This document shows positions 52,930 through 64,000 of a stretch of 64,000 nucleotides of DNA, piece after piece (the first letter of the stretch is position 1; each line of letters starts with the position of its first letter). The translations under genes were made by a program, and so were the position numbers. The stretch lies in assembly GCF_009914755.1 (NCBI RefSeq), contig NC_060942.1; one strand, 5' to 3'. The DNA is from the human T2T-CHM13v2.0 reference genome, Homo sapiens. The notes beneath the pieces are model-generated. The model worked only from the letters and a program-made list of their open reading frames with translations. It ran no database searches and was not told the DNA's origin.

Positions 52930-54955
52930 CAGTTTTGAAATGCTCTTTTTGTGGAATCTGCAAGTGGATATTTGGCTAGTTTTGAGGATTTCGTTGGAAG
53001 CGGGAATTCATACAAATTGCAGACTGCAGCGTTCTGAGAAACATCTTTGTGATGTTTGTATTCAGGACAGAGAGTTGAACATTCCCTATCATAGAGCAGG
53101 TTGGAATCACTCCTTTTGTAGTATCTGGAAGTGGACATTTGGAGCGCTTTCAGGCCTATGTTGAAAAAGGAAATATCTTCCCATAACAACTAGACAGAAG
53201 CATTCTCAGAAACTAGTTTCTGATGTGTGTCCTCAACTAACACAGTTGAACATTTCTTTAGACAGAACAGTTTTGAAACTCTCTTTTTGTGGAATCTGCA
53301 AGTGGCTATTTGGCTAGATTTGAGGATTTCGTTGGAAACGGGATTACATATAAAAAGCAGACAGCAGCATTCTCAGAAAGTTCTTTGTGATGATTGCATT
53401 CAAGTCACAGAATTGAACATTCCCTTTCACAGAGCAGGTTTGAAACACTCTTTTTGTAGTGTGTGTAAGTGGACATTTGGAGCACTTTCCGGCCTAAGGT
53501 GAGAAAGGAAATATCTTCCCATAAAAACTAGACAGAAGCATTCTCAGAAACTTACTCGTGATGTGTGTCCTCAACTAAAGGAGTAGAACCTTTCTTTCAT
53601 AGAGAAGTTTTGAAACGCTCTTTTTGTGGAATCTGCAAGTGGATATTTGGCTAGTTTGGAGGATTTCGTTGGAAGCGGGAATTCATACAAATTGCAGACT
53701 GCAGCGTTCTGAGAAACATCTTTGTGATGTTTGTATTCAGGACACAGAGTTGAACATTCCCTATCATAGAGCAGGTTGGAATCACTCCTTTTGTAGTATC
53801 TGGAAGTGGACATTTGGAGCGCTTTCAGGCCTACGTTGGAAAAGGAAATATCTTCCCATAACAACTAGACAGAAGCATTCTCAGAAACTAGTTTCTGATG
53901 TGTGTCCTCAACTAACACAGTTGAACATTTCTTTAGACAGAACAGTTTTGAAACACTCTTTTTGTGGAATCTGCAAGTGGCTATTTGGCTAGATTTGAGG
54001 ATTTCGTTGGAAACGGGATTACATATAAAAAGCAGACAGCAGCATTCTCAGAAAGTTCTTTGTGATGATTGCATTCAAGTCACAGAATTGAACATTCCCT
54101 TTCACAGAGCAGGTTTGAAACACTCTTTTTGTAGTGTGTGTAAGTGGACATTTGGAGCACTTTCCGGCCTAAGGTGAAAAAGGAAATATCTTCCCATAAA
54201 AACTAGACAGAAGCACTCTCAGAAACTTACTCGTGATGTGTGTCCTCAACTAAAGGAGTAGAACCTTTCTTTTCATAGAGAAGTTTTGAAACGCTCTTTT
54301 TGTGGAATCTGCAAGTGGATATTTGGCTAGTTTGGAGGATTTCGTTGGAAGCGGGAATTCATACAAATTGCAGACTGCAGCGTTCTGAGAAACATCTTTG
54401 TGATGTTTGTATTCAGGACACAGAGTTGAACATTCCCTATCATAGAGCAGGTTTGAATCACTCCTTTTGTAGTATCTGGAAGTGGACATTTGGAGCGCTT
54501 TCAGGCCTATGTTGGAAAAGGAAATATCTTCCCATAACAACTAGACAGAAGCATTCTCAGAAACTTATTTGAGATGTGTGTACTCAACTAAGAGAATTGA
54601 ACCACCGTTTTGAAGGAGCAGTTTTGAAACACTCTTTTTCTGGAATCTGCAAGTGGATATTTGGCTAGCTTTGGGGATTTCGCTGGAGGCGGGAATACAT
54701 ATAAAAAGCACACAGCAGCGTTCTGAGAAACTGCTTTCTGATGTTTGCATTCAAGTCAAAAGTTGAACACTCCCTTTCATAGAGCAGTCCTGAAACACTC
54801 CTTTTGTAGTATCTGGAACTGGACTTTTGGAGCGCTTTCAGGGCTAAGGTGAAAAAGGAAATATCTTCCCATAAAAACTGGACAGAAGCATTCTCAGAAA
54901 CTTTTTTATGCTGTATCTACTCAACTAACAAAGTTGAACCTTTCTTTTGATAGAG
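52930..54955 (+). repeat. Non-canonical 12-monomer unit ADEDEF (2,026 bp; B and C absent, D-E doubled)
   Basis: Anchor spacing 52940->54966. The A tail is followed directly by the D head (AACTAGTTTCTGATG, ~53211). D ORFs at 53227 and 53902. Confidence 0.93.
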
Positions 54956-57900
54956 CAGTTTTGAAATGCTCTTTTTGTGGAATCTGCAAGTGGATATTTG
55001 GCTAGTTTTGAGGATTTCGTTGGAAGCGGGAATTCATACAAATTGCAGACTGCAGCGTTCTGAGAAACATCTTTGTGATGTTTGTATTCAGGACAGAGAG
55101 TTGAACATTCCCTATCATAGAGCAGGTTGGAATCACTCCTTTTGTAGTATCTGGAAGTGGACATTTGGAGCGCTTTCTGGCCTATGTTGAAAAAGGAAAT
55201 ATCTTCCCATAACAACTAGACACAAGCATTCTCAGAAACTTGTTTGTGATGTGTGCCCTCTACTGACAGAGTTGAACCTTTCTTTTCATAGAGCAGTTTT
55301 GAAACACTCTTTTTGTAGAATCTGCAAGAGGATATTTGCATAGCTTTGAGGATTTCGTGGGAAACGGGATTGTCTTCAGGTAAAATCTAGACAGAAGCAT
55401 TCTCAGAAACTTCTTTGGGATGTTTGCATTCAAGTCACAGAGTAGAACATTCCCTTTGGTAGAGCAGGTTTGAAACACTCTTTTTGTAGTATCTGGAAGT
55501 GGACATTTGGAGCGCTTTCAGGCCTATGTTGGAAAGGGAAATATCTTCCGGTAACAACTAGGCAGAAGCATTCTCAGAAACTTATTTGAGATGTGTGTAC
55601 TCAACTAAGAGAATTGAACCACCGTTTTGAAGGAGCAGTTTTGAAACACTCTTTTTCTGGAATCTGCAAGAGGATATTTGCCTAGCCTTGAGGATTTCGT
55701 TGGAAACGGGATTGTCTTCAGATCAAATCTAGACAGAAGCATTCTCAGAAACTTCTTTGGGATGTTTGCATTCAAGTCACAGAGTAGAACATTCCCTTTG
55801 GTAGAGCAGGTTTGAAACACTCTTTTTTTAGTATATGGAAGTGGACATTTGGAGCGCTTTCAGGCCTACGTTGGAAAAGGAAATATCTTCCCATAACAAC
55901 TAGACAGAAGCATTCTCAGAAACTAGTTTCTGATGTGTGTCCTCAACTAACACAGTTGAACATTTCTTTAGACAGAACAGTTTTGAAACACTCTTTTTGT
56001 GGAATCTGCAAGTGGCTATTTGGCTAGATTTGAGGATTTCGTTGGAAACGGGATTACATATAAAAAGCAGACAGCAGCATTCTCAGAAAGTTCTTTGTGA
56101 TGATTGCATTCAAGTCACAGAATTGAACATTCCCTTTCACAGAGCAGGTTTGAAACACTCTTTTTGTAGTGTGTGTAAGTGGACATTTGGAGCACTTTCC
56201 GGCCTAAGGTGAAAAAGGAAATATCTTCCCATAAAAACTAGACAGAAGCACTCTCAGAAACTTACTCGTGATGTGTGTCCTCAACTAAAGGAGTAGAACC
56301 TTTCTTTTCATAGAGAAGTTTTGAAACGCTCTTTTTGTGGAATCTGCAAGTGGATATTTGGCTAGTTTGGAGGATTTCGTTGGAAGCGGGAATTCATACA
56401 AATTGCAGACTGCAGCGTTCTGAGAAACATCTTTGTGATGTTTGTATTCAGGACACAGAGTTGAACATTCCCTATCATAGAGCAGGTTTGAATCACTCCT
56501 TTTGTAGTATCTGGAAGTGGACATTTGGAGCGCTTTCAGGCCTATGTTGGAAAAGGAAATATCTTCCCATAACAACTAGACAGAAGCATTCTCAGAAACT
56601 TATTTGAGATGTGTGTACTCAACTAAGAGAATTGAACCACCGTTTTGAAGGAGCAGTTTTGAAACACTCTTTTTCTGGAATCTGCAAGTGGATATTTGGC
56701 TAGCTTTGGGGATTTCGCTGGAGGCGGGAATACATATAAAAAGCACACAGCAGCGTTCTGAGAAACTGCTTTCTGATGTTTGCATTCAAGTCAAAAGTTG
56801 AACACTCCCTTTCATAGAGCAGTCCTGAAACACTCCTTTTGTAGTATCTGGAACTGGACTTTTGGAGCGCTTTCAGGGCTAAGGTGAAAAAGGAAATATC
56901 TTCCCATAAAAACTGGACAGAAGCATTCTCAGAAACTTTTTTATGCTGTATCTACTCAACTAACAAAGTTGAACCTTTCTTTTGATAGAGCAGTTTTGAA
57001 ATGCTCTTTTTGTGGAATCTGCAAGTGGATATTTGGCTAGTTTTGAGGATTTCGTTGGAAGCGGGAATTCATACAAATTGCAGACTGCAGCGTTCTGAGA
57101 AACATCTTTGTGATGTTTGTATTCAGGACAGAGAGTTGAACATTCCCTATCATAGAGCAGGTTGGAATCACTCCTTTTGTAGTATCTGGAAGTGGACATT
57201 TGGAGCGCTTTCTGGCCTATGTTGAAAAAGGAAATATCTTCCCATAACAACTAGACACAAGCATTCTCAGAAACTTGTTTGTGATGTGTGCCCTCTACTG
57301 ACAGAGTTGAACCTTTCTTTTCATAGAGCAGTTTTGAAACACTCTTTTTGTAGAATCTGCAAGAGGATATTTGCATAGCTTTGAGGATTTCGTGGGAAAC
57401 GGGATTGTCTTCAGGTAAAATCTAGACAGAAGCATTCTCAGAAACTTCTTTGGGATGTTTGCATTCAAGTCACAGAGTAGAACATTCCCTTTGGTAGAGC
57501 AGGTTTGAAACACTCTTTTTGTAGTATCTGGAAGTGGACATTTGGAGCGCTTTCAGGCCTATGTTGGAAAGGGAAATATCTTCCGGTAACAACTAGGCAG
57601 AAGCATTCTCAGAAACTTATTTGAGATGTGTGTACTCAACTAAGAGAATTGAACCACCGTTTTGAAGGAGCAGTTTTGAAACACTCTTTTTCTGGAATCT
57701 GCAAGAGGATATTTGCCTAGCCTTGAGGATTTCGTTGGAAACGGGATTGTCTTCAGATCAAATCTAGACAGAAGCATTCTCAGAAACTTCTTTGGGATGT
57801 TTGCATTCAAGTCACAGAGTAGAACATTCCCTTTGGTAGAGCAGGTTTGAAACACTCTTTTTTTAGTATATGGAAGTGGACATTTGGAGCGCTTTCAGGC

Positions 57901-60900
57901 CTACGTTGGAAAAGGAAATATCTTCCCATAACAACTAGACAGAAGCATTCTCAGAAACTAGTTTCTGATGTGTGTCCTCAACTAACACAGTTGAACATTT
58001 CTTTAGACAGAACAGTTTTGAAACACTCTTTTTGTGGAATCTGCAAGTGGCTATTTGGCTAGATTTGAGGATTTCGTTGGAAACGGGATTACATATAAAA
58101 AGCAGACAGCAGCATTCTCAGAAAGTTCTTTGTGATGATTGCATTCAAGTCACAGAATTGAACATTCCCTTTCACAGAGCAGGTTTGAAACACTCTTTTT
58201 GTAGTGTGTGTAAGTGGACATTTGGAGCACTTTCCGGCCTAAGGTGAAAAAGGAAATATCTTCCCATAAAAACTAGACAGAAGCACTCTCAGAAACTTAC
58301 TCGTGATGTGTGTCCTCAACTAAAGGAGTAGAACCTTTCTTTTCATAGAGAAGTTTTGAAACGCTCTTTTTGTGGAATCTGCAAGTGGATATTTGGCTAG
58401 TTTGGAGGATTTCGTTGGAAGCGGGAATTCATACAAATTGCAGACTGCAGCGTTCTGAGAAACATCTTTGTGATGTTTGTATTCAGGACACAGAGTTGAA
58501 CATTCCCTATCATAGAGCAGGTTTGAATCACTCCTTTTGTAGTATCTGGAAGTGGGCATTTGGAGCGCTTTCAGGCCTATGTTGGAAAAGGAAATATCTT
58601 CCCATAACAACTAGACAGAAGCATTCTCAGAAACTTATTTGAGATGTGTGTACTCAACTAAGAGAATTGAACCACCGTTTTGAAGGAGCAGTTTTGAAAC
58701 ACTCTTTTTCTGGAATCTGCAAGTGGATATTTGGCTAGCTTTGGGGATTTCGCTGGAAGCGGGAATACATATAAAAAGCACACAGCAGCGTTCTGAGAAA
58801 CTGCTTTCTGATGTTTGCATTCAAGTCAAAAGTTGAACACTCCCTTTCATAGTGCAGTCTGAAACACTCCTTTTGTAGTATCTGGAACTGGACTTTTGGA
58901 GCGCTTTCAGGGCTAAGGTGAAAAAGGAAATATCTTCCCATAAAAACTGGACAGAAGCATTCTCAGAAACTTGTTTATGCTGTATCTACTCAACTAACAA
59001 AGTTGAACCTTTCTTTTGATAGAGCAGTTTTGAAATGCTCTTTTTGTGGAATCTGCAAGTGGATATTTGGCTAGTTTTGAGGATTTCGTTGGAAGCGGGA
59101 ATTCATACAAATTGCAGACTGCAGCGTTCTGAGAAACATCTTTGTGATGTTTGTATTCAGGACAGAGAGTTGAACATTCCCTATCATAGAGCAGGTTGGA
59201 ATCACTCCTTTTGTAGTATCTGGAAGTGGACATTTGGAGCGCTTTCTGGCCTATGTTGAAAAAGGAAATATCTTCCCATAACAACTAGACACAAGCATTC
59301 TCAGAAACTTGTTTGTGATGTGTGCCCTCTACTGACAGAGTTGAACCTTTCTTTTCATAGAGCAGTTTTGAAACACTCTTTTTGTAGAATCTGCAAGAGG
59401 ATATTTGCATAGCTTTGAGGATTTCGTGGGAAACGGGATTGTCTTCAGGTAAAATCTAGACAGAAGCATTCTCAGAAACTTCTTTGGGATGTTTGCATTC
59501 AAGTCACAGAGTAGAACATTCCCTTTGGTAGAGCAGGTTTGAAACACTCTTTTTGTAGTATCTGGAAGTGGACATTTGGAGCGCTTTCAGGCCTATGTTG
59601 GAAAGGGAAATATCTTCCGGTAACAACTAGGCAGAAGCATTCTCAGAAACTTATTTGAGATGTGTGTACTCAACTAAGAGAATTGAACCACCGTTTTGAA
59701 GGAGCAGTTTTGAAACACTCTTTTTCTGGAATCTGCAAGAGGATATTTGCCTAGCCTTGAGGATTTCGTTGGAAACGGGATTGTCTTCAGATCAAATCTA
59801 GACAGAAGCATTCTCAGAAACTTCTTTGGGATGTTTGCATTCAAGTCACAGAGTAGAACATTCCCTTTGGTAGAGCAGGTTTGAAACACTCTTTTTTTAG
59901 TATATGGAAGTGGACATTTGGAGCGCTTTCAGGCCTACGTTGGAAAAGGAAATATCTTCCCATAACAACTAGACAGAAGCATTCTCAGAAACTAGTTTCT
60001 GATGTGTGTCCTCAACTAACACAGTTGAACATTTCTTTAGACAGAACAGTTTTGAAACACTCTTTTTGTGGAATCTGCAAGTGGCTATTTGGCTAGATTT
60101 GAGGATTTCGTTGGAAACGGGATTACATATAAAAAGCAGACAGCAGCATTCTCAGAAAGTTCTTTGTGATGATTGCATTCAAGTCACAGAATTGAACATT
60201 CCCTTTCACAGAGCAGGTTTGAAACACTCTTTTTGTAGTGTGTGTAAGTGGACATTTGGAGCACTTTCCGGCCTAAGGTGAAAAAGGAAATATCTTCCCA
60301 TAAAAACTAGACAGAAGCACTCTCAGAAACTTACTCGTGATGTGTGTCCTCAACTAAAGGAGTAGAACCTTTCTTTTCATAGAGAAGTTTTGAAACGCTC
60401 TTTTTGTGGAATCTGCAAGTGGATATTTGGCTAGTTTGGAGGATTTCGTTGGAAGCGGGAATTCATACAAATTGCAGACTGCAGCGTTCTGAGAAACATC
60501 TTTGTGATGTTTGTATTCAGGACACAGAGTTGAACATTCCCTATCATAGAGCAGGTTTGAATCACTCCTTTTGTAGTATCTGGAAGTGGGCATTTGGAGC
60601 GCTTTCAGGCCTATGTTGGAAAAGGAAATATCTTCCCATAACAACTAGACAGAAGCATTCTCAGAAACTTATTTGAGATGTGTGTACTCAACTAAGAGAA
60701 TTGAACCACCGTTTTGAAGGAGCAGTTTTGAAACACTCTTTTTCTGGAATCTGCAAGTGTATATTTGGCTAGCTTTGGGGATTTCGCTGGAGGCGGGAAT
60801 ACATATAAAAAGCACACAGCAGCGTTCTGAGAAACTGCTTTCTGATGTTTGCATTCAAGTCAAAAGTTGAACACTCCCTTTCATAGAGCAGTCCTGAAAC

Positions 60901-61059
60901 ACTCCTTTTGTAGTATCTGGAACTGGACTTTTGGAGCGCTTTCAGGGCTAAGGTGAAAAAGGAAATATCTTCCCATAAAAACTGGACAGAAGCATTCTCA
61001 GAAACTTTTTTATGCTGTATCTACTCAACTAACAAAGTTGAACCTTTCTTTTGATAGAG

Positions 61060-63768
61060 CAGTTTTGAAATGCTCTTTTTGTGGAATCTGCAAGTGGATA
61101 TTTGGCTAGTTTTGAGGATTTCGTTGGAAGCGGGAATTCATACAAATTGCAGACTGCAGCGTTCTGAGAAACATCTTTGTGATGTTTGTATTCAGGACAG
61201 AGAGTTGAACATTCCCTATCATAGAGCAGGTTGGAATCACTCCTTTTGTAGTATCTGGAAGTGGACATTTGGAGCGCTTTCTGGCCTATGTTGAAAAAGG
61301 AAATATCTTCCCATAACAACTAGACACAAGCATTCTCAGAAACTTGTTTGTGATGTGTGCCCTCTACTGACAGAGTTGAACCTTTCTTTTCATAGAGCAG
61401 TTTTGAAACACTCTTTTTGTAGAATCTGCAAGAGGATATTTGCATAGCTTTGAGGATTTCGTGGGAAACGGGATTGTCTTCAGGTAAAATCTAGACAGAA
61501 GCATTCTCAGAAACTTCTTTGGGATGTTTGCATTCAAGTCACAGAGTAGAACATTCCCTTTGGTAGAGCAGGTTTGAAACACTCTTTTTGTAGTATCTGG
61601 AAGTGGACATTTGGAGCGCTTTCAGGCCTATGTTGGAAAGGGAAATATCTTCCGGTAACAACTAGGCAGAAGCATTCTCAGAAACTTATTTGAGATGTGT
61701 GTACTCAACTAAGAGAATTGAACCACCGTTTTGAAGGAGCAGTTTTGAAACACTCTTTTTCTGGAATCTGCAAGAGGATATTTGCCTAGCTTTGAGGATT
61801 TCGTTGGAAACGGGATTGTGTTCAGATCAAATCTAGACAGAAGCATTCTCAGAAACTTCTTTGGGATGTTTGCATTCAAGTCACAGAGTAGAACATTCCC
61901 TTTGGTAGAGCAGGTGTGAAACACTCTTTTTTTAGTATATGGAAGTGGACATTTGGAGCGCTTTCAGGCCTACGTTGGAAAAGGAAATATCTTCCCATAA
62001 CAACTAGACAGAAGCATTCTCAGAAACTAGTTTCTGATGTGTGTCCTCAACTAACACAGTTGAACATTTCTTTAGACAGAACAGTTTTGAAACTCTCTTT
62101 TTGTGGAATCTGCAAGTGGCTATTTGGCTAGATTTGAGGATTTCGTTGGAAACGGGATTACATATAAAAAGCAGACAGCAGCATTCTCAGAAAGTTCTTT
62201 GTGATGATTGCATTCAAGTCACAGAATTGAACATTCCCTTTCACAGAGCAGGTTTGAAACACTCTTTTTGTAGTGTGTGTAAGTGGACATTTGGAGCACT
62301 TTCCGGCCTAAGGTGAGAAAGGAAATATCTTCCCATAAAAACTAGACAGAAGCATTCTCAGAAACTTACTCGTGATGTGTGTCCTCAACTAAAGGAGTAG
62401 AACCTTTCTTTCATAGAGAAGTTTTGAAACGCTCTTTTTGTGGAATCTGCAAGTGGATATTTGGCTAGTTTGGAGGATTTCGTTGGAAGCGGGAATTCAT
62501 ACAAATTGCAGACTGCAGCGTTCTGAGAAACATCTTTGTGATGTTTGTATTCAGGACACAGAGTTGAACATTCCCTATCATAGAGCAGGTTGGAATCACT
62601 CCTTTTGTAGTATCTGGAAGTGGACATTTGGAGCGCTTTCAGGCCTACGTTGGAAAAGGAAATATCTTCCCATAACAACTAGACAGAAGCATTCTCAGAA
62701 ACTAGTTTCTGATGTGTGTCCTCAACTAACACAGTTGAACATTTCTTTAGACAGAACAGTTTTGAAACACTCTTTTTGTGGAATCTGCAAGTGGCTATTT
62801 GGCTAGATTTGAGGATTTCGTTGGAAACGGGATTACATATAAAAAGCAGACAGCAGCATTCTCAGAAAGTTCTTTGTGATGATTGCATTCAAGTCACAGA
62901 ATTGAACATTCCCTTTCACAGAGCAGGTTTGAAACACTCTTTTTGTAGTGTGTGTAAGTGGACATTTGGAGCACTTTCCGGCCTAAGGTGAAAAAGGAAA
63001 TATCTTCCCATAAAAACTAGACAGAAGCACTCTCAGAAACTTACTCGTGATGTGTGTCCTCAACTAAAGGAGTAGAACCTTTCTTTTCATAGAGAAGTTT
63101 TGAAACGCTCTTTTTGTGGAATCTGCAAGTGGATATTTGGCTAGTTTGGAGGATTTCGTTGGAAGCGGGAATTCATACAAATTGCAGACTGCAGCGTTCT
63201 GAGAAACATCTTTGTGATGTTTGTATTCAGGACACAGAGTTGAACATTCCCTATCATAGAGCAGGTTTGAATCACTCCTTTTGTAGTATCTGGAAGTGGA
63301 CATTTGGAGCGCTTTCAGGCCTATGTTGGAAAAGGAAATATCTTCCCATAACAACTAGACAGAAGCATTCTCAGAAACTTATTTGAGATGTGTGTACTCA
63401 ACTAAGAGAATTGAACCACCGTTTTGAGGGAGCAGTTTTGAAACACTCTTTTTCTGGAATCTGCAAGTGGATATTTGGCTAGCTTTGGGGATTTCGCTGG
63501 AAGCGGGAATACATATAAAAAGCACACAGCAGCGTTCTGAGAAACTGCTTTCTGATGTTTGCATTCAAGTCAAAAGTTGAACACTCCCTTTCATAGTGCA
63601 GTCTGAAACACTCCTTTTGTAGTATCTGGAACTGGACTTTTGGAGCGCTTTCAGGGCTAAGGTGAAAAAGGAAATATCTTCCCATAAAAACTGGACAGAA
63701 GCATTCTCAGAAACTTGTTTATGCTGTATCTACTCAACTAACAAAGTTGAACCTTTCTTTTGATAGAG
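61060..63768 (+). repeat. 16-mer HOR variant ABCDEDEF (2,709 bp)
   Basis: Anchor spacing 61070->63779. D ORFs at 62041 and 62716, plus the 1-bp deletion in F near 63603. Confidence 0.93.
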
Positions 63769-64000
63769 CAGTTTTGAAATGCTCTTTTTGTGGAATCTGC
63801 AAGTGGATATTTGGCTAGTTTTGAGGATTTCGTTGGAAGCGGGAATTCATACAAATTGCAGACTGCAGCGTTCTGAGAAACATCTTTGTGATGTTTGTAT
63901 TCAGGACAGAGAGTTGAACATTCCCTATCATAGAGCAGGTTGGAATCACTCCTTTTGTAGTATCTGGAAGTGGACATTTGGAGCGCTTTCAGGCCTATGT

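Larger units (their letters stand above)
1..64000 (+). repeat. Centromeric alpha-satellite higher-order repeat array (dimeric, suprachromosomal family 2 type), uninterrupted, single orientation
   Basis: Alphoid consensus blocks (AGCATTCTCAGAAACT, TTGAAACACTCTTTTTGT, GGAAATATCTTCCC) recur every ~170 bp across the window. A CENP-B box recurs every 337-342 bp. The ORF track repeats with a 2,035-bp period (anchor ORF at 11, 2046, 4081, 6116, 8151...). Confidence 0.99.

Noticed and set aside
11-63977. Hundreds of 60-125 aa ORFs on both strands, repeated nearly identically
   Set aside because: They are chance reading frames of alpha-satellite that recur with the HOR period and overlap on both strands. 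They open and close with single SNVs or 1-bp indels and show no recognisable domain or gene structure. I used them only as positional markers.
1-64000. CRISPR-like pattern of conserved blocks (e.g. AGCATTCTCAGAAACT) separated by variable sequence
   Set aside because: The intervening sequences are homologous to each other and repeat every 2,035 bp rather than being unique spacers. There are no cas genes, and the unit is the ~171-bp alphoid monomer.
1-64000. Possible L1/Alu insertion, inversion or non-satellite island
   Set aside because: Every anchor-to-anchor distance is accounted for by whole dimers plus or minus 1 bp. Box orientation never flips, and I saw no poly-A tail or foreign sequence.

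Overview
The whole 64 kb is one uninterrupted, single-orientation array of primate (human-type) centromeric alpha-satellite. It is built from ~171-bp monomers, with a CENP-B box in every second monomer (dimeric organisation). The monomers form a 2,035-bp 12-monomer higher-order repeat (HOR) of six dimers. I label the dimers A-F by their CENP-B boxes at 60, 398, 740, 1082, 1420 and 1758 (spacings 338/342/342/338/338/337 bp). The 12-mer length, the dimeric structure and the EcoRI sites cutting each HOR into 1,360 + 675 bp fit the chromosome 18 array D18Z1 (S2C18H1L); that assignment is from recall, not a database search. There are 29 complete HOR units plus a partial one. Ten depart from plain ABCDEF in dimer content or carry a long foreign patch: four 14-mers (ABCCDEF), one ABCCCDEF 16-mer, one 20-mer with a hybrid monomer, two ABCDEDEF 16-mers, one 2,026-bp ADEDEF unit and one length-neutral patched 12-mer. 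Shared SNVs show nested duplications at 342, 6,447/6,789, 12,874 and 24,095 bp, and a change of HOR haplotype near 42-44 kb. I found no genes, RNA genes, transposons, inversions or CRISPR arrays; the ORF track is a repeat artefact. I see no new protein-coding system here. What is interesting is the recombination history that can be read from the array.
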